Below, one piece after another: positions 50,431 through 62,717 of a DNA stretch of 64,000 nt. The notes beneath the pieces are model-generated. The model was not told the DNA's origin, ran no database searches, and saw only the letters and a program-made list of their open reading frames with translations. The stretch is from Lama glama (lineage: Eukaryota). The translations under genes and the position numbers were made by a program. Positions within the stretch are counted from its first letter, which is position 1, and each line of letters starts with the position of its first letter. The stretch spans positions 21,578,001 to 21,642,000 of the forward strand of contig CM052818.1 in NCBI GenBank assembly GCA_028534125.1, given 5' to 3'.

Positions 50431-51309
50431 ACTTGAAACATTGCAAGCTTCTAGATCTATTAATTTACAGGGAATACAGAAGATAGAAGTTTATGTTAAA
50501 TGACAACCTGGACATGTAATAGGTAAAACTCAAGAGTCTATAGGAAAATCCACAGGACAAGTAACTCAGTTTCTTCAACAAACTTCAAGCAGAGAAAAAT
50601 AAAAGAAGATAGGAAACAAACATATAAATTAAGTGACTTAAAGCATTCTCTAAAAATATCTGATATCTAAATTATATTTCTATTTACTCATATAATATTC
50701 CTCTTGCACACAGACATTCCTTAAGCAATAAATACAAGGATTTTATACAATGATACACAAAATCTTTGATCCAGCAACAATTTATATGTGTGTATACATG
50801 TCTGTGTGTTTGTGTGTCCACTGCAGTTTTCTTTGCAATAGCAAAAATAAAAGGAAGAAATAAATTTAGGTCTATTATTAGGTATCCAATTAAAGATCCA
50901 AAAATAATTATGATGTTCATATAATGTTCATTGCCATGAAAAAATCCAAAATCGATTGTTTACTGGAAAAATGCAGGTGACCCAATGATACGTAAAATAT
51001 AAACAGATTTATTTGAAATACGTAAGTGCCTAAATTGACATACAGAGTTATCTGAAAGAATAATTACCAAAATATTAACATAGAATTAATAACTTTGAAT
51101 GATGAAATCATGAATCATTTTGAGTAATGAGAATATGATTTATTTTTACTTTATTAGTTATCCAAATATTTATTGGGCAACCACTAAAGCCCAGGTTCAG
51201 TGCTAAGTGCAAGGACAGGGTTGAACAAAACAGACATATTCCTTGACCTCCTAGAACTTACATTTTAATATAGCAACTCATTTTCAGCTAAAAAAATTTC
51301 TTCACATTG

Positions 51310-51525
51310 ACACAGAGTAATAGTGATTAAGAACATTGACTCTGGAGCCAAACTATCCAGGTTTTAATCCCACCTCACCCATTTACTAGCTAAATAACTG
51401 GGCAAGTTATTTAACATTCTTTGCCTTAGTTTCCTTACCTGGGAATAATATCTCCTCTTAAAGTTTTTTAAATAACTTAGTAAGTGAGTAAAGTGCTTTG
51501 AAGAGAGTTGGCATATACATTAAGC
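51310..51525 (+). mobile_element. MIR SINE
   Basis: gtgattaagaacattgactctggagccaaactatccaggttttaatcccacctc...ctgggcaagttatttaacattctttgccttagtttcc. Confidence 0.8.
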
Positions 51526-51717
51526 ATTTGGGGGAAAATCACACATATAGAATTTTATTAGGTTTTTCTTAGACATATCAGTCTGGATTACAATAAGGTA
51601 CACAAAAGTACTTAATTTATACCTATGACCTTTACATTCAAAAAAAATTTGAGACAGTCTGGAAACTCTGGGTTGAAAAAACAGCATCATATTTAATATC
51701 TGAGTCTATTTGGCAGA

Positions 51718-52217
51718 NNNNNNNNNNNNNNNNNNNNNNNNNNNNNNNNNNNNNNNNNNNNNNNNNNNNNNNNNNNNNNNNNNNNNNNNNNNNNNNNNNN
51801 NNNNNNNNNNNNNNNNNNNNNNNNNNNNNNNNNNNNNNNNNNNNNNNNNNNNNNNNNNNNNNNNNNNNNNNNNNNNNNNNNNNNNNNNNNNNNNNNNNNN
51901 NNNNNNNNNNNNNNNNNNNNNNNNNNNNNNNNNNNNNNNNNNNNNNNNNNNNNNNNNNNNNNNNNNNNNNNNNNNNNNNNNNNNNNNNNNNNNNNNNNNN
52001 NNNNNNNNNNNNNNNNNNNNNNNNNNNNNNNNNNNNNNNNNNNNNNNNNNNNNNNNNNNNNNNNNNNNNNNNNNNNNNNNNNNNNNNNNNNNNNNNNNNN
52101 NNNNNNNNNNNNNNNNNNNNNNNNNNNNNNNNNNNNNNNNNNNNNNNNNNNNNNNNNNNNNNNNNNNNNNNNNNNNNNNNNNNNNNNNNNNNNNNNNNNN
52201 NNNNNNNNNNNNNNNNN
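51718..52217. other. Assembly gap (500 N) flanked by an exact 199-bp duplication
   Basis: 51519-51717 is identical to 52218-52416. Confidence 0.97.
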
Positions 52218-52706
52218 ATTAAGCATTTGGGGGAAAATCACACATATAGAATTTTATTAGGTTTTTCTTAGACATATCAGTCTGGATTACAATAAGGTAC
52301 ACAAAAGTACTTAATTTATACCTATGACCTTTACATTCAAAAAAAATTTGAGACAGTCTGGAAACTCTGGGTTGAAAAAACAGCATCATATTTAATATCT
52401 GAGTCTATTTGGCAGAAACATGATTTGAGTGGACTCCCAGGTGGAACAGATTCCTCTTAAGAACCCATCATTCTCTGAAATTATGTCTTTGTTAACTTGT
52501 TTGCTGTGTTTCCTCTATTAAAAGAAAAAAAGTAAGCTCGAAGAGGACAACCACACCACCAGTGCCCAAGACAATGCCTGAAACAAATGTTTCTTAAATG
52601 AATGAACAAAAAGAGCTCCAACATCACAAGAATGTCAATAGAATTTGAGTAAATACCCTCAAGTAGATATTATAGAACGTTAAATATTATATGAAAATAA
52701 CTTTTT

Positions 52707-52840
52707 GAGGGGAGGATATCGCTCAAGAAGTAGAGTGCATGCTTAGCATATACGAGGTCCTAAATTCAATCCCCAGTACCCCCTCTAAACATAAATAAAC
52801 CTAACTACCTTCCCCCAATAAAAATAAATTTTTTTAAAAA
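52707..52840 (+). mobile_element. Camelid tRNA-Ala-derived SINE (Vic-1 type), more diverged copy
   Basis: gaggggaggatatcgctcaagaagtagagtgcatgcttagcatatacgaggtcctaaattcaatccccagtaccccctc...aaataaacctaactaccttccccc. Confidence 0.85.
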
Positions 52841-53612
52841 CTATTATACTATAGCTATACTGTACTATGCTGTACTGTACTATACCTTATTATATATGAA
52901 AATATTTATATTTATATAAAATAAATAAAATTTTATAAAAGTTTTTATAAAATAAATAAAAGTTATATAAAATAAGAGTTAAATATAGGACTGTTCTCCA
53001 TAGCTGTAATGTATTCAGATAAAAAGGGAATGAGTAAAAGGAGTAAGAGTGGTGTGAGTGAGTAGAAGCCCCCTCTTTTTTATAATACCACAGTCCTCTT
53101 AGCAGTTGTGCTGCATAAAAGTAAATAGTGTTTCTGGATTCTTTCCATTCTGATGTTGTTCATTGTAAACTGAACAAATTATGAAACAAATTAGCTCATT
53201 TTCTCTTCTTTTGGAGAAAAAGAAATGATCAAGTTTCTGTCATTTTGGTCATAGTATTAATCTACACGTACTATTTCAAAGCTCATGCATTAAAAGAAAT
53301 CTGACTGACCACAGGCAGCAAGTTTTAGTCTTTGAACCAAATCACTAAGAAAAGCTCACAAATTTTTTAAGAACTTTTTTTACATTTCCAAGCCCCAAGA
53401 TCCTCATTACCAAACCCGCATAACTGTGCCTACAGTTTAATTCCAAAGAAATAACACAGAAAATCTTTCAATTATGCTCTTTTCTTTTGAAACAAGTTAT
53501 TTACATTTTTATGGAAATTATTTGCTGTGATTCAAGATTAACAACATAATGGAAGTAGTCACAGCTGTTTGTTTTCCCCTCTTATGTTATCTATAGGTGG
53601 AAAAATGAGAAG

Positions 53613-53628
53613 CTTTGATTATGCAAAT
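53613..53628 (+). promoter_or_regulatory. HMG-box (TCF/SOX-like) plus POU octamer composite motif
   Basis: CTTTGAT-T-ATGCAAAT within a repeat-free block of about 53000-54300. Confidence 0.35.
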
Positions 53629-55174
53629 TAAAACAGAATCTATTATCTTCTTCCTGATCTACGTCCTGATCATAGAGGGTTTTTAAGCAATGTTAGTTTC
53701 GCACATTAGGAATCACAGCTAGTTAACTACTGCTGCTAACCAATGGGCTATATTTGCAGACTCTATCAGTTTGACCCAGCTTCCAGAGCTTAATGGTCCT
53801 CCAGGCTAAAAGAGAAAGCTGATCCATCAGGCTTGCATTAGCATAGAATCACACTCGAAGCTTATTGATGTGTGTTCAGCATAACTACCATCCCCAGAAC
53901 CCAGCTCAGTCCATTATTTTCATTTTATCTCAAGTCATTTGTATGGTTGTCTGCCCCAGTTAAAGCTCCAGCAAGACTGGTACTTAAATGAATTTGTGAG
54001 AAAGGAGACAAATGCCCCCTGAACTTTCAGCGCTTTGCTATCAAGGCTTGCTAACATAAAATATACTGGTACTCTTAGGTCCACTTAGTGAGCATATCAA
54101 GAATAGCCTATTGCAGGGGAGAAAAAAGTCACTTAGTATCCTATTAGCCAACAAGGAGTGTGATGATTAAATGATTTTTTTGACTGTAATTTTAAAGCAC
54201 TGCTCTGATTTCTGCTGAAAGCTATTTATAAAAAAATAAATTTCTTAACAGCTACATCTTTGCTGTTTAAATACCTTTCTCTTTTAAAATACAGAACACA
54301 CACTAAAATAAATGTTCCGAATAATAATACATTTCATCACCTAGGGAAATGTTACATTTAACGGTAACAAGAAAAACAACAATCTATAACAACCAGGCAT
54401 TTAATGTGCACAAAACCCCATAATAAGGAGAGATTTAATGTGTGCATAAACCCTGTAATGGGTTTGTATATAATCAGGCATTTGAGGTATACATAAAATC
54501 ACTTTAATTGTAAATCTTTAAAATGAAAATAAAGTGCTTCCATAGCTGTTTTGAATATACAATAACCATTGAAATTCTAAAACTGGTCTTCAAAACTATT
54601 TTTTATAAATTTATATACTGCTTACAACTATAATTCTGAGGAAATCTGAAAAGGTTACTATTCCCAAACCCAATTTTTTTTTAATTTAGAAGTAATCTAA
54701 GAACTACAAAGGTGAAGTGACTAGCCCAGATTCCACAGCAAGTTAGTGTAACTAAAATTCAAAAAGTTGGCGGTAAATTTTCAATTTGCTTATCTGTCAC
54801 TTAAAATTCAGTGCTATTTTTGCCTCATTATTTGTCTTATTACTATACTTGGGAAGTTAAAATCTAATCTGAGAGTCTTGGCATCCCAGCTAGTCATTCT
54901 CTTTATGTCCATCACTAGGCCTTTGGAAGCCCTATACTAGTAAAACTGGGGTAAAAAGGAAAACAAACGTTTAAAATAATTTAATCTATCAAATATTGCT
55001 AAAGTCGTCTTCATCTGCAATCTCCTTTCATCGACTTCTCTCATGTCCCTCAGAGATTAGTGAGAAAACAGAAAGTGAACTTTTGTAAGCTGCTAAAGCA
55101 CTATGAAAAAGCTGGTTGTTAGGTTTAAAAAAATTCTGATACATGCAAAATGATCATCTAAAATTTCTTTTTTT

Positions 55175-55405
55175 TTTAATAACAAAAGTTATAATCTCAT
55201 AGTTTCCATGGGTGAGGAGTTCAGGAATGGTTGGACCCTCTACTCGGATCTTAAAAGGCTACATACAACCAAGGTGTCTACTGGATTGCAGCTCTCACTT
55301 GGGGCTCAGAGTCTTTTGTCAAACTCATTCAAGTTGTTGGCAGAATACAGTTCCTTGTGGATGTACAGCTGATGGAGGTTGTGTCTTCCATGCCAGCAGG
55401 AGCCT
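55175..55405 (-). mobile_element. MaLR LTR fragment (MLT1-like)
   Basis: ataatctcatagtttccatgggtgaggagttcagg...aaactcattcaagttgttggcagaatacagttccttgtgg. Confidence 0.7.
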
Positions 55406-55524
55406 AAAACTTCTTTCTAAATGCTGTTTTAATTCTGAGAAACACAGTTAAGACTAAAGACCATAATCCAATGAAAGTAAACCTTTTTGTCTTAAATATA
55501 ATGGTGGACTGGTTAAAAAAAAAA

Positions 55525-55750
55525 AGCAGCTAACATTTATTGAGGCTCTATTTTGTGTCAAACATTATTTCACTTACATTTTCTCATTTAATCCTCTGAA
55601 ATACACCACATGGCTCAGTTTGATTACTCCCAGTATACAGAGTCTCAGGAAGTGACTCAGGCACTGGCTAAAGGTCATGAAGCTACTAGGTCCTCATGCT
55701 GGTCTCCAAATCCAGATAAAACTGGCTCCAAAATGGTGCATGCTCTTCTT
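55525..55750 (-). mobile_element. MIR SINE
   Basis: gcagctaacatttattgaggctctattttgtgtcaaacatt...tctcatttaatcctc...aaggtcatgaagctact. Confidence 0.65.
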
Positions 55751-56109
55751 TATACCCTTGTGCATGCTGCTTTCAAGAAAATCTTGGGGTTTTGAGAAAT
55801 TCTCGGGGTTCACTGTTAGTTTCCAGACTGTGTGATCATTCCACAAGTTACAGAGGAACTAGCTATCTCAAATTGTAAAATACGGAATTTCTGTCTTGAG
55901 AAGAAAATTTTCAAGAGGAAAACACTTACTGAAACTTTCTAATCCATCTTTGGTTTCTCTTATTTATTTCTGTTATCAAATACTCTTACACACTAGGTCC
56001 TTTTAAGGAATATGACTTAAGGCAAGTTGACATTCACAGAAGGAGCACTTGGCCTACCTTGGCTTTCATCTGTTGGCCTTTCAGAAAGTGATAAATTTAC
56101 AAAAGGAAA

Positions 56110-56365
56110 ACCGCCTTCATTTTTTAAGCATACAAAAATACATCGAATATATTTGTTTGTTTGTAAAAAAAAATGACCCTGGAAGGATACAAAAGAAACT
56201 GGTCATCGCAGTTGCCTCCAGGCAGGGGAACTGGGTTGAAAAAGGCCAAGGATGGCAAGGCAACTTCTCATAGTATATATACTCTTTTGGACACTTTGAA
56301 CTTTGAATCATATGAGTGTACTACCTACTCAAAACATACCTACACACCTCCAAACATAAATAAAT
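56110..56365 (+). mobile_element. Old L1ME-type 3' end
   Basis: ctggaaggatacaaaagaaactggtcatcgcagttgcctccaggcaggggaactggg...tttgaactttgaatcatatgagtgtactacctactcaaaa. Confidence 0.65.
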
Positions 56366-57599
56366 CACTTTCGTCTGTCTATGATGAATGTTAATCAATC
56401 ACTGCAGCTGCAACCTAAAGCAATAACCATCTTACGAATTCTATATTTCACTAAGTATTTTAAATAGAATTTATTCTAACAATATAGCATAGAAGCTTGC
56501 TTGAATGAGTTATAGATAGTATCCCAGACACTAGCTTTACATAAAACATACTTGGGCTGGAGAAAGAGAAGTCTTAAATTAGAAAAAATAGGATAACTGA
56601 TTACTGATCTCTCAGAGAAGGAAAAGAAAAACATGTAGCTTGAGGACTTCAGCTCCAATTGTAGTCAAGATCACGAAGGTAAGGACAGGTAGGCTGCCTC
56701 AGCCAAAATATTTTCTTCTGAGCCCCTTCTCCCTAACAATATTTACCACTAAATCAAAAAAAAGAAGAAGAAGAAGAAGAAGTTACTGGTGATGATTTCT
56801 TTCATTTTCTCTCCTAGTTGCTTTCCCCTAAAAGAGAGAGGGATGACATATAGAAAAGGTAAAACTGGCTATAGCTAAATCTTTTCATTCTAAGGTCTTT
56901 TTTGCTTCTTCTTTCACAAGGATGTACAAATTTTAATAAATTTGAGAATTATAGGGTAAGAGGGCTTGATGGTCCAAGAAAGATCTAAACCTACAGTAAA
57001 TAGTTAAATATCAACTGATAACCTATTCTTTACAATTACATAGATTCTGTTAATTCTCTTAGTAGAAGACTGGAATGTTTCCCAACCTTATTAGAGTCAG
57101 GGTGCTTCTAATTCTATCAGACCTAAAATTCTTACATTTAAGTTCTCCAACAATAGTGAAAATTTATTTTCACATATACACAAATACCCTTTCATTCAAG
57201 TTGAACTTATCAAGCATCTAATATATACTAGCAATATATAAGGATTCATGTTCATCTGACTTTCATTGGACAAATGTTTGAATTATAGAAGCTACAATTT
57301 AGGTTACAAAGATAGGCAGCATATAGCATGTCCTTTACTCTCATGGAGTTTACTAGAAGGTTAGAAGATATGATTTTAACATTTTATAAATCCCACCCCA
57401 TGCTACTTAATATTTATGGTTGATAAATATTAACCAAATTAAACTGAGTTCTTACTTTGACTTTCTGTTTCCAAAGTTAGAATTCCTGATGCCTTTAACC
57501 TTCAATTAAAGACCCAAGTCTTTAATAAGGACCATTCCAGCTATAACAGATTCTGAAATTATTTCTTTAAATTATACAAATGTAAGTTTAAGTAGAAAA

Positions 57600-57820
57600 T
57601 TAACCTTGGCACAAGAACACGTACTAAGCTCTTTCTAAATGCCAGACATTATTCTAAGATCCTTATAACCAACCTGGAAGTTAGATGTGATTTTTGTCAT
57701 TTTAAGGAAACTGTGGCACAAAGTAGTTACATGAACTTGGTCAAACTTACACAGCTAGTAAGTGATAACAGTCAAGCCCAGGCAGTCAGGGTCCAGATAG
57801 AATGTTTCTTAACTATCACA
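57600..57820 (-). mobile_element. MIR SINE
   Basis: atgccagacattattctaag...aaggaaactgtggcacaaagtagttacatgaacttggtcaaacttacacagctagtaagtg. Confidence 0.7.
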
Positions 57821-60800
57821 CAATATTGATTATCAAGACACTAGAGTCTACTATAAGAACATTTCAACGGGTTTGTTTCATTGGACCATATCCCATTAAA
57901 TTCTTCCAGCTGCAATGAATGATAATTGGGTTGGAAACCTTCTCAGTATCTTGCAAACCACTGCCATATCATATTTTTCTCAAGCCCTCCATAGTGTATA
58001 AAGGGTACACAATTTCTTCTCCCTTTTTTTGCACTGCCCAGAGCTGATAGTACAGCTCAAAAGATGAGAAGACAGAAAAATAAAGCCAGATTTTAACATG
58101 GAAAGCATTTATTGGAATTACCAGTAACTTTCTTCATCCTGCCCATCTTCAGAGCTAAGCATCCTTCTAAAAAATAGATGTCTGGGCTTGGTTTTGGCAA
58201 CAACAGTCCTGCTTTCACATTGCCAGTCGTTTCCTCCCCATGAATAACAACACCATACATAATAAATTATTTTATTATTTCAATATCTGACTACCTGGGT
58301 GCCTTTTCAAATTATTCTGGCATCAAGAAAGTGAAAATATCCTTCAGGTACTTGAGCTAGCACCCCATGATGCCACAGAGAAGCAGGACTGATGTGATAA
58401 TGCCCTTCTGCCTCATACAAGGTCCTCTATTGATGGGTAAACCTAGATTTCAAGAGGGTCACTTCACAACAAAATCAAGAGCTCAAAGTTCAGGATACAA
58501 ACGGAAGGCACTATTGCTAGAAATAAGCTAGCTCCTGTTAGATGAACAATATCCTCTCTAGGTTTAAATAAAATGTTTATTGAGGTGCACCAGTTCCTTC
58601 ATGTCAAGAAATTCTTTTCATTCACTGATATGATACAATTCTAAAGAGTACAGTAGTGACCTAACACGAAAGCCTCTCCAAAAATGCTTGACTTGGAGAC
58701 AGATTCATTGCTACATTATGTTCAGGGGCCATTACGCTTTTCAAGAGATAAGTAAAATAGGGAAATAGATCAGGAATAGAGAAGTCTCCTGGCTATTAAA
58801 TATGATTTGCTGCTTTCCTAATTTCAGGCATAGTCTGAAGTAAAGATAGCACTCAGGTGCTAGCCTCTTGGGGACCCAAAGGAGGGTCCCTGGAAGCATG
58901 GAAGGGTCATGAAGATCCATGCATGGAGGTTTCTGGCAAGATATTCAGAAGGGATGACTCTGACAATTTTTTAAATTTCCACCACTGCCTCAGACTTAAG
59001 TTGTTTTATTGAATTGGGCCAGAAATGATTGGCCCATTTTAGGTCAACTATTCAATTTAATTTAACTCACTCAAATTTAACTGAATAATGTATAGCTTGT
59101 TTCTTGTTTTTTTGTTTTTGTTTTTTTTTCAGGCTACATTTAACACAAATCCTCAGTGTTGAACCTAAGATTGCTATCTGAAAAGCCCTAATAACTAGCT
59201 ACACTTAGGAAAAATAGCAACTAACAAATTTTGCTGTAAACAGGAAAACATGAAATAATTCACTCTGATTTACCGTCTTCTTTTTTACGGTATGAGTTGA
59301 AAATATACCTGTTTTATTTAAGAACTGTAGAACAAGTTTCTCCAACTTTTTCAAAAGTTGTCAAAATCAGATGTTACCATCCCCTTATCCCTGGTAAAAG
59401 AAGTTCTCTAAAATATACAGTCAGGCAGATAATTTCCTTCTTTCCCTCCATGCTATTCTATCTAATACTAACTTCCATTAACACCACACTGCCTGAAGCT
59501 TTATGTACATTTCCAAGACTCCCTTATTTCTAAAAAGCTGCTTCTTTTAAACTCTGAAAGACTAAAAAGCAGCATTGAAAAACACCTTTTATAGTCACTC
59601 TTATAGTCATTTGACTAGACTGAATATTTCACCCATGGCAGGAGAGAAAAAAAAAGGAAATCTGATTTTAAACCTACGTTCTAGAGATGATGTCTCAGCA
59701 GTTCATTAAAATATGCATTAAAGGCTGATTCCTTATTCTAACAGTAACATCTGCCCCCAAAATGGACAACAAAATTATCTTTTTAATAAAAATGTATGCT
59801 CTATAAACTACATGATACACCAAACTGAATCCATTCTCTATACTAAAGATGACAAAAATTATCCCACTAGCTGAATTTCATTGCCACGCTGTCAACCTGA
59901 ATTTCTTCTGTTTAAAAATAGCTGTTCATTACATTCAGTAATGGGCTGTCAAAGCACTACAATACTGAACCTGTATCATACACAGAAGCAATTGGGCAAT
60001 GTGCATTATTATGTTTAGATTATTTGCATTCTTTACAAGACCCCTGGGCTAATTTTAAATGAGATGGTTCACCTGAACTAAATCAAAATCTGTTTTGTTT
60101 TACCTTAAAGCTAATACGTATTTTCCATGTATGACTCACTAGTGTAAGCATTAATAGTAGGTAAGACAAAAAATTCACTGAATATATATGTGAGGATAAG
60201 TAAATACACACAGATGTGGGTTTATGGGTTTGTATGTGGTTTTGCTCCCTATAGTCATATCTATTTTTAATAATAGATGATTGAATTACAACACAGGGCA
60301 CACCAAATTAGATAATATTGCCAATATGTGAGCAAGCATTGTCGTCTCCATGAATACATGATAGGTTGTTAACTGGAAACATCACTCCTGCAGCATATAG
60401 TCTTTGATATTTTAGCATAGCGAATCAATTAGGCATCTTTTTAACTAGCTAATGTACAATAATTCACCACATAATTTAGTATGAGATATTGTGAACAACT
60501 ATAAAAAAGCACATAACACCCACAGCTGATCCATTCTTCCACAGCATGATATCATAACCCCAAAAGCATGCAATAATGGCTACAGGATATCAAAGAGATG
60601 GTAACTAAACTGATCACAGATGACTTGTAAATATATCTAATGAATGCAAGGACCAGGTTAATGTTTTTTTTTTTTTCCACAAGTCTTTATTTTCATTGAT
60701 AAACAGAAGCTACTACCTGAGTCACATAAGAAGAGAGAATACTCATGACATTAAAAATAAATTTTACTTTTAAAAAAATCACTTCTAGACTCCTACATTG

Positions 60801-61767
60801 GAAAATAAAAGGTATAATGACTTACAAACTCATAGACCCCATTGTTGGTGAAGATAAAATAAACATCAATATTTCAGCAAGATTAAACTTTGTAAGCCAA
60901 GTTTACCAAAAAAAGAGATTTCAGGGCAGGAACAATAGTAAATTTTAAGTGTGTTAAAATAAAGGGGGGCATACACACTACACATATTACATTTCAAGAT
61001 TGCTTCTAGGAGTCAATAATACGTTAGGCACTTGTGCAACAAACAGTTGAATGAAAGCAAGAAGAAAAACACCCAAAAGATGCAGCTGTTGTATTTATTT
61101 ACTGTAAGGATAAGATATTCCCTCTAAAATAATAATCAGCACTATGTCTAGTTAAAAGCTTGATAAGCATGATTTACCAATATTCTTCACACTCCAAGGC
61201 ACATTGGAAATAACTAGGAAGAAAATTTACTCTATATTAAACTGAATCAGGTCCTCATACACATCTATATTTTATTCCTAAAACACTCCAAATATTTCAC
61301 TTTATTGTGGTCACTTTAACAACATGGGTAGTGAGTCCAGCTAAAATCTATTTTTGATGTACATGCCTTGATTCAGTCAAAAATGCCCGAATTAGCTTTT
61401 CAACCACCAACCAAATATGAATGGGACACAGAGAACAGATTTACAATTAAGAATCAGTTTTGTGTTTTACTGATTAAATATGTGATATTAGTAATACATA
61501 AATTATATTGTATGTGCATTACATTGTTTTGCTGTAAAGCAAAAGAAAATTAAAATATACTTTTTCAAAAATGAAATGTTATTTTGGCTGTTTGGCCATG
61601 GCATTCAATCAAAATAGAAAGCTTTTCCAAAAATTTTATTATTAAAAATTTCAAATATATAGCAAATTTGAAAAAAATTTATAGAGAAGACCCATATAAC
61701 CTCCATCTTGATGTTATCATTAACATTTTACCATGCTTGAATTATTATATATCTACCTGAAACAGAA

Positions 61768-61906
61768 TTTTTTTTTTTACCATTTTTTTTGGTTGGAGGG
61801 GATGGGTTTATTTATTTACTTATTTTTTAATGGAGATACTGGAGATTGAACCCAGGACCTCGTGCATGCTAGGCATGCATTCTACCACTGAACTATACCC
61901 TCCTCC
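61768..61906 (-). mobile_element. Camelid tRNA-Ala-derived SINE (Vic-1 type), adjacent to an L1MC-like 3' fragment at about 61625-61755
   Basis: aatggagatactggagattgaacccaggacctcgtgcatgctaggcatgcattctaccactgaactataccctcctcc; TSD-like aaacagaa at 61760-61767 and 61909-61916. Confidence 0.9.
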
Positions 61907-62610
61907 TAAAACAGAAACAGAAATTTTTAATGAAAGATAAACATACTTCATAAGAATAAATTAAACAACAGCAAAAAGAGTATAATGCTTTAATGAATAG
62001 TGAACTTATAAGGATAACAGCTACTGCTTTTGATTGCAGCTAAATTCTCATAAATGATCATCTCCATTTTTTAAAACTATGACTTTGCTTTGTCTTAACA
62101 GAGACAACCAAATCTCAATTAATTCTGTGTTACATTTTGACTGATTATTATATCTTAATATGAAAGGCAAGATATGACAGTAACAGTGGAACATATTTTA
62201 TCACTTGGAAAGAATAAGGACCTCCAGGAAATAAAAATCTTTTGTTTGTTTTTGAGTTACAAAATGAGAACTAGGGTAATGATTTTTCTAATCACTAATG
62301 TATCAGAAACTAAAACTATTCTAATTCAACACTGTGTCTAGCATAATACGTGTATGTTATGAAAAACAACTATTCTATTTCAAATCTCTATTTCAACAAA
62401 AGAATACCACCCATGGTCCTCTCTCTAGGAACTAAATGTGTTTCTTTTGCTACAATAAAATTATCTTTTCATTAACACACATAAGATTCCAGCAGATGTA
62501 GAGAGTTTACATCCCTTCTGCCTTTAACTTATTTTATTTAAATGGGAAATAAATTTTAAAATTTGAGTCACAAACAATACCACCTTAGCCTCTAACTTTC
62601 ATTTTCTCAG

Positions 62611-62717
62611 ATGAACACTTGCAAAGAATGTTCAGAACCACTTCCTCAAATCCTTTGATTGGGTACTTCCTGCAAGACTTCAACAGGTCAGAGAGCACAG
62701 GGATTGAAAAGCAGTAG
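62611..62717 (+). other. Candidate 107-nt plus-strand exon (possible antisense transcript)
   Basis: Branch-point-like tctaac followed by tttcattttctcag|ATGAAC...GCAGTAG|gtaaag. Confidence 0.3.

Noticed and set aside
51693..52241. Longest ORFs (170-182 aa)
   Set aside because: Artefacts of translating the N gap.
430..61553. ORFs in the six-frame track as protein-coding genes
   Set aside because: All are short, many use non-ATG starts or lie in repeats and low-complexity sequence, and none resembles a protein family other than decayed L1 ORF2.
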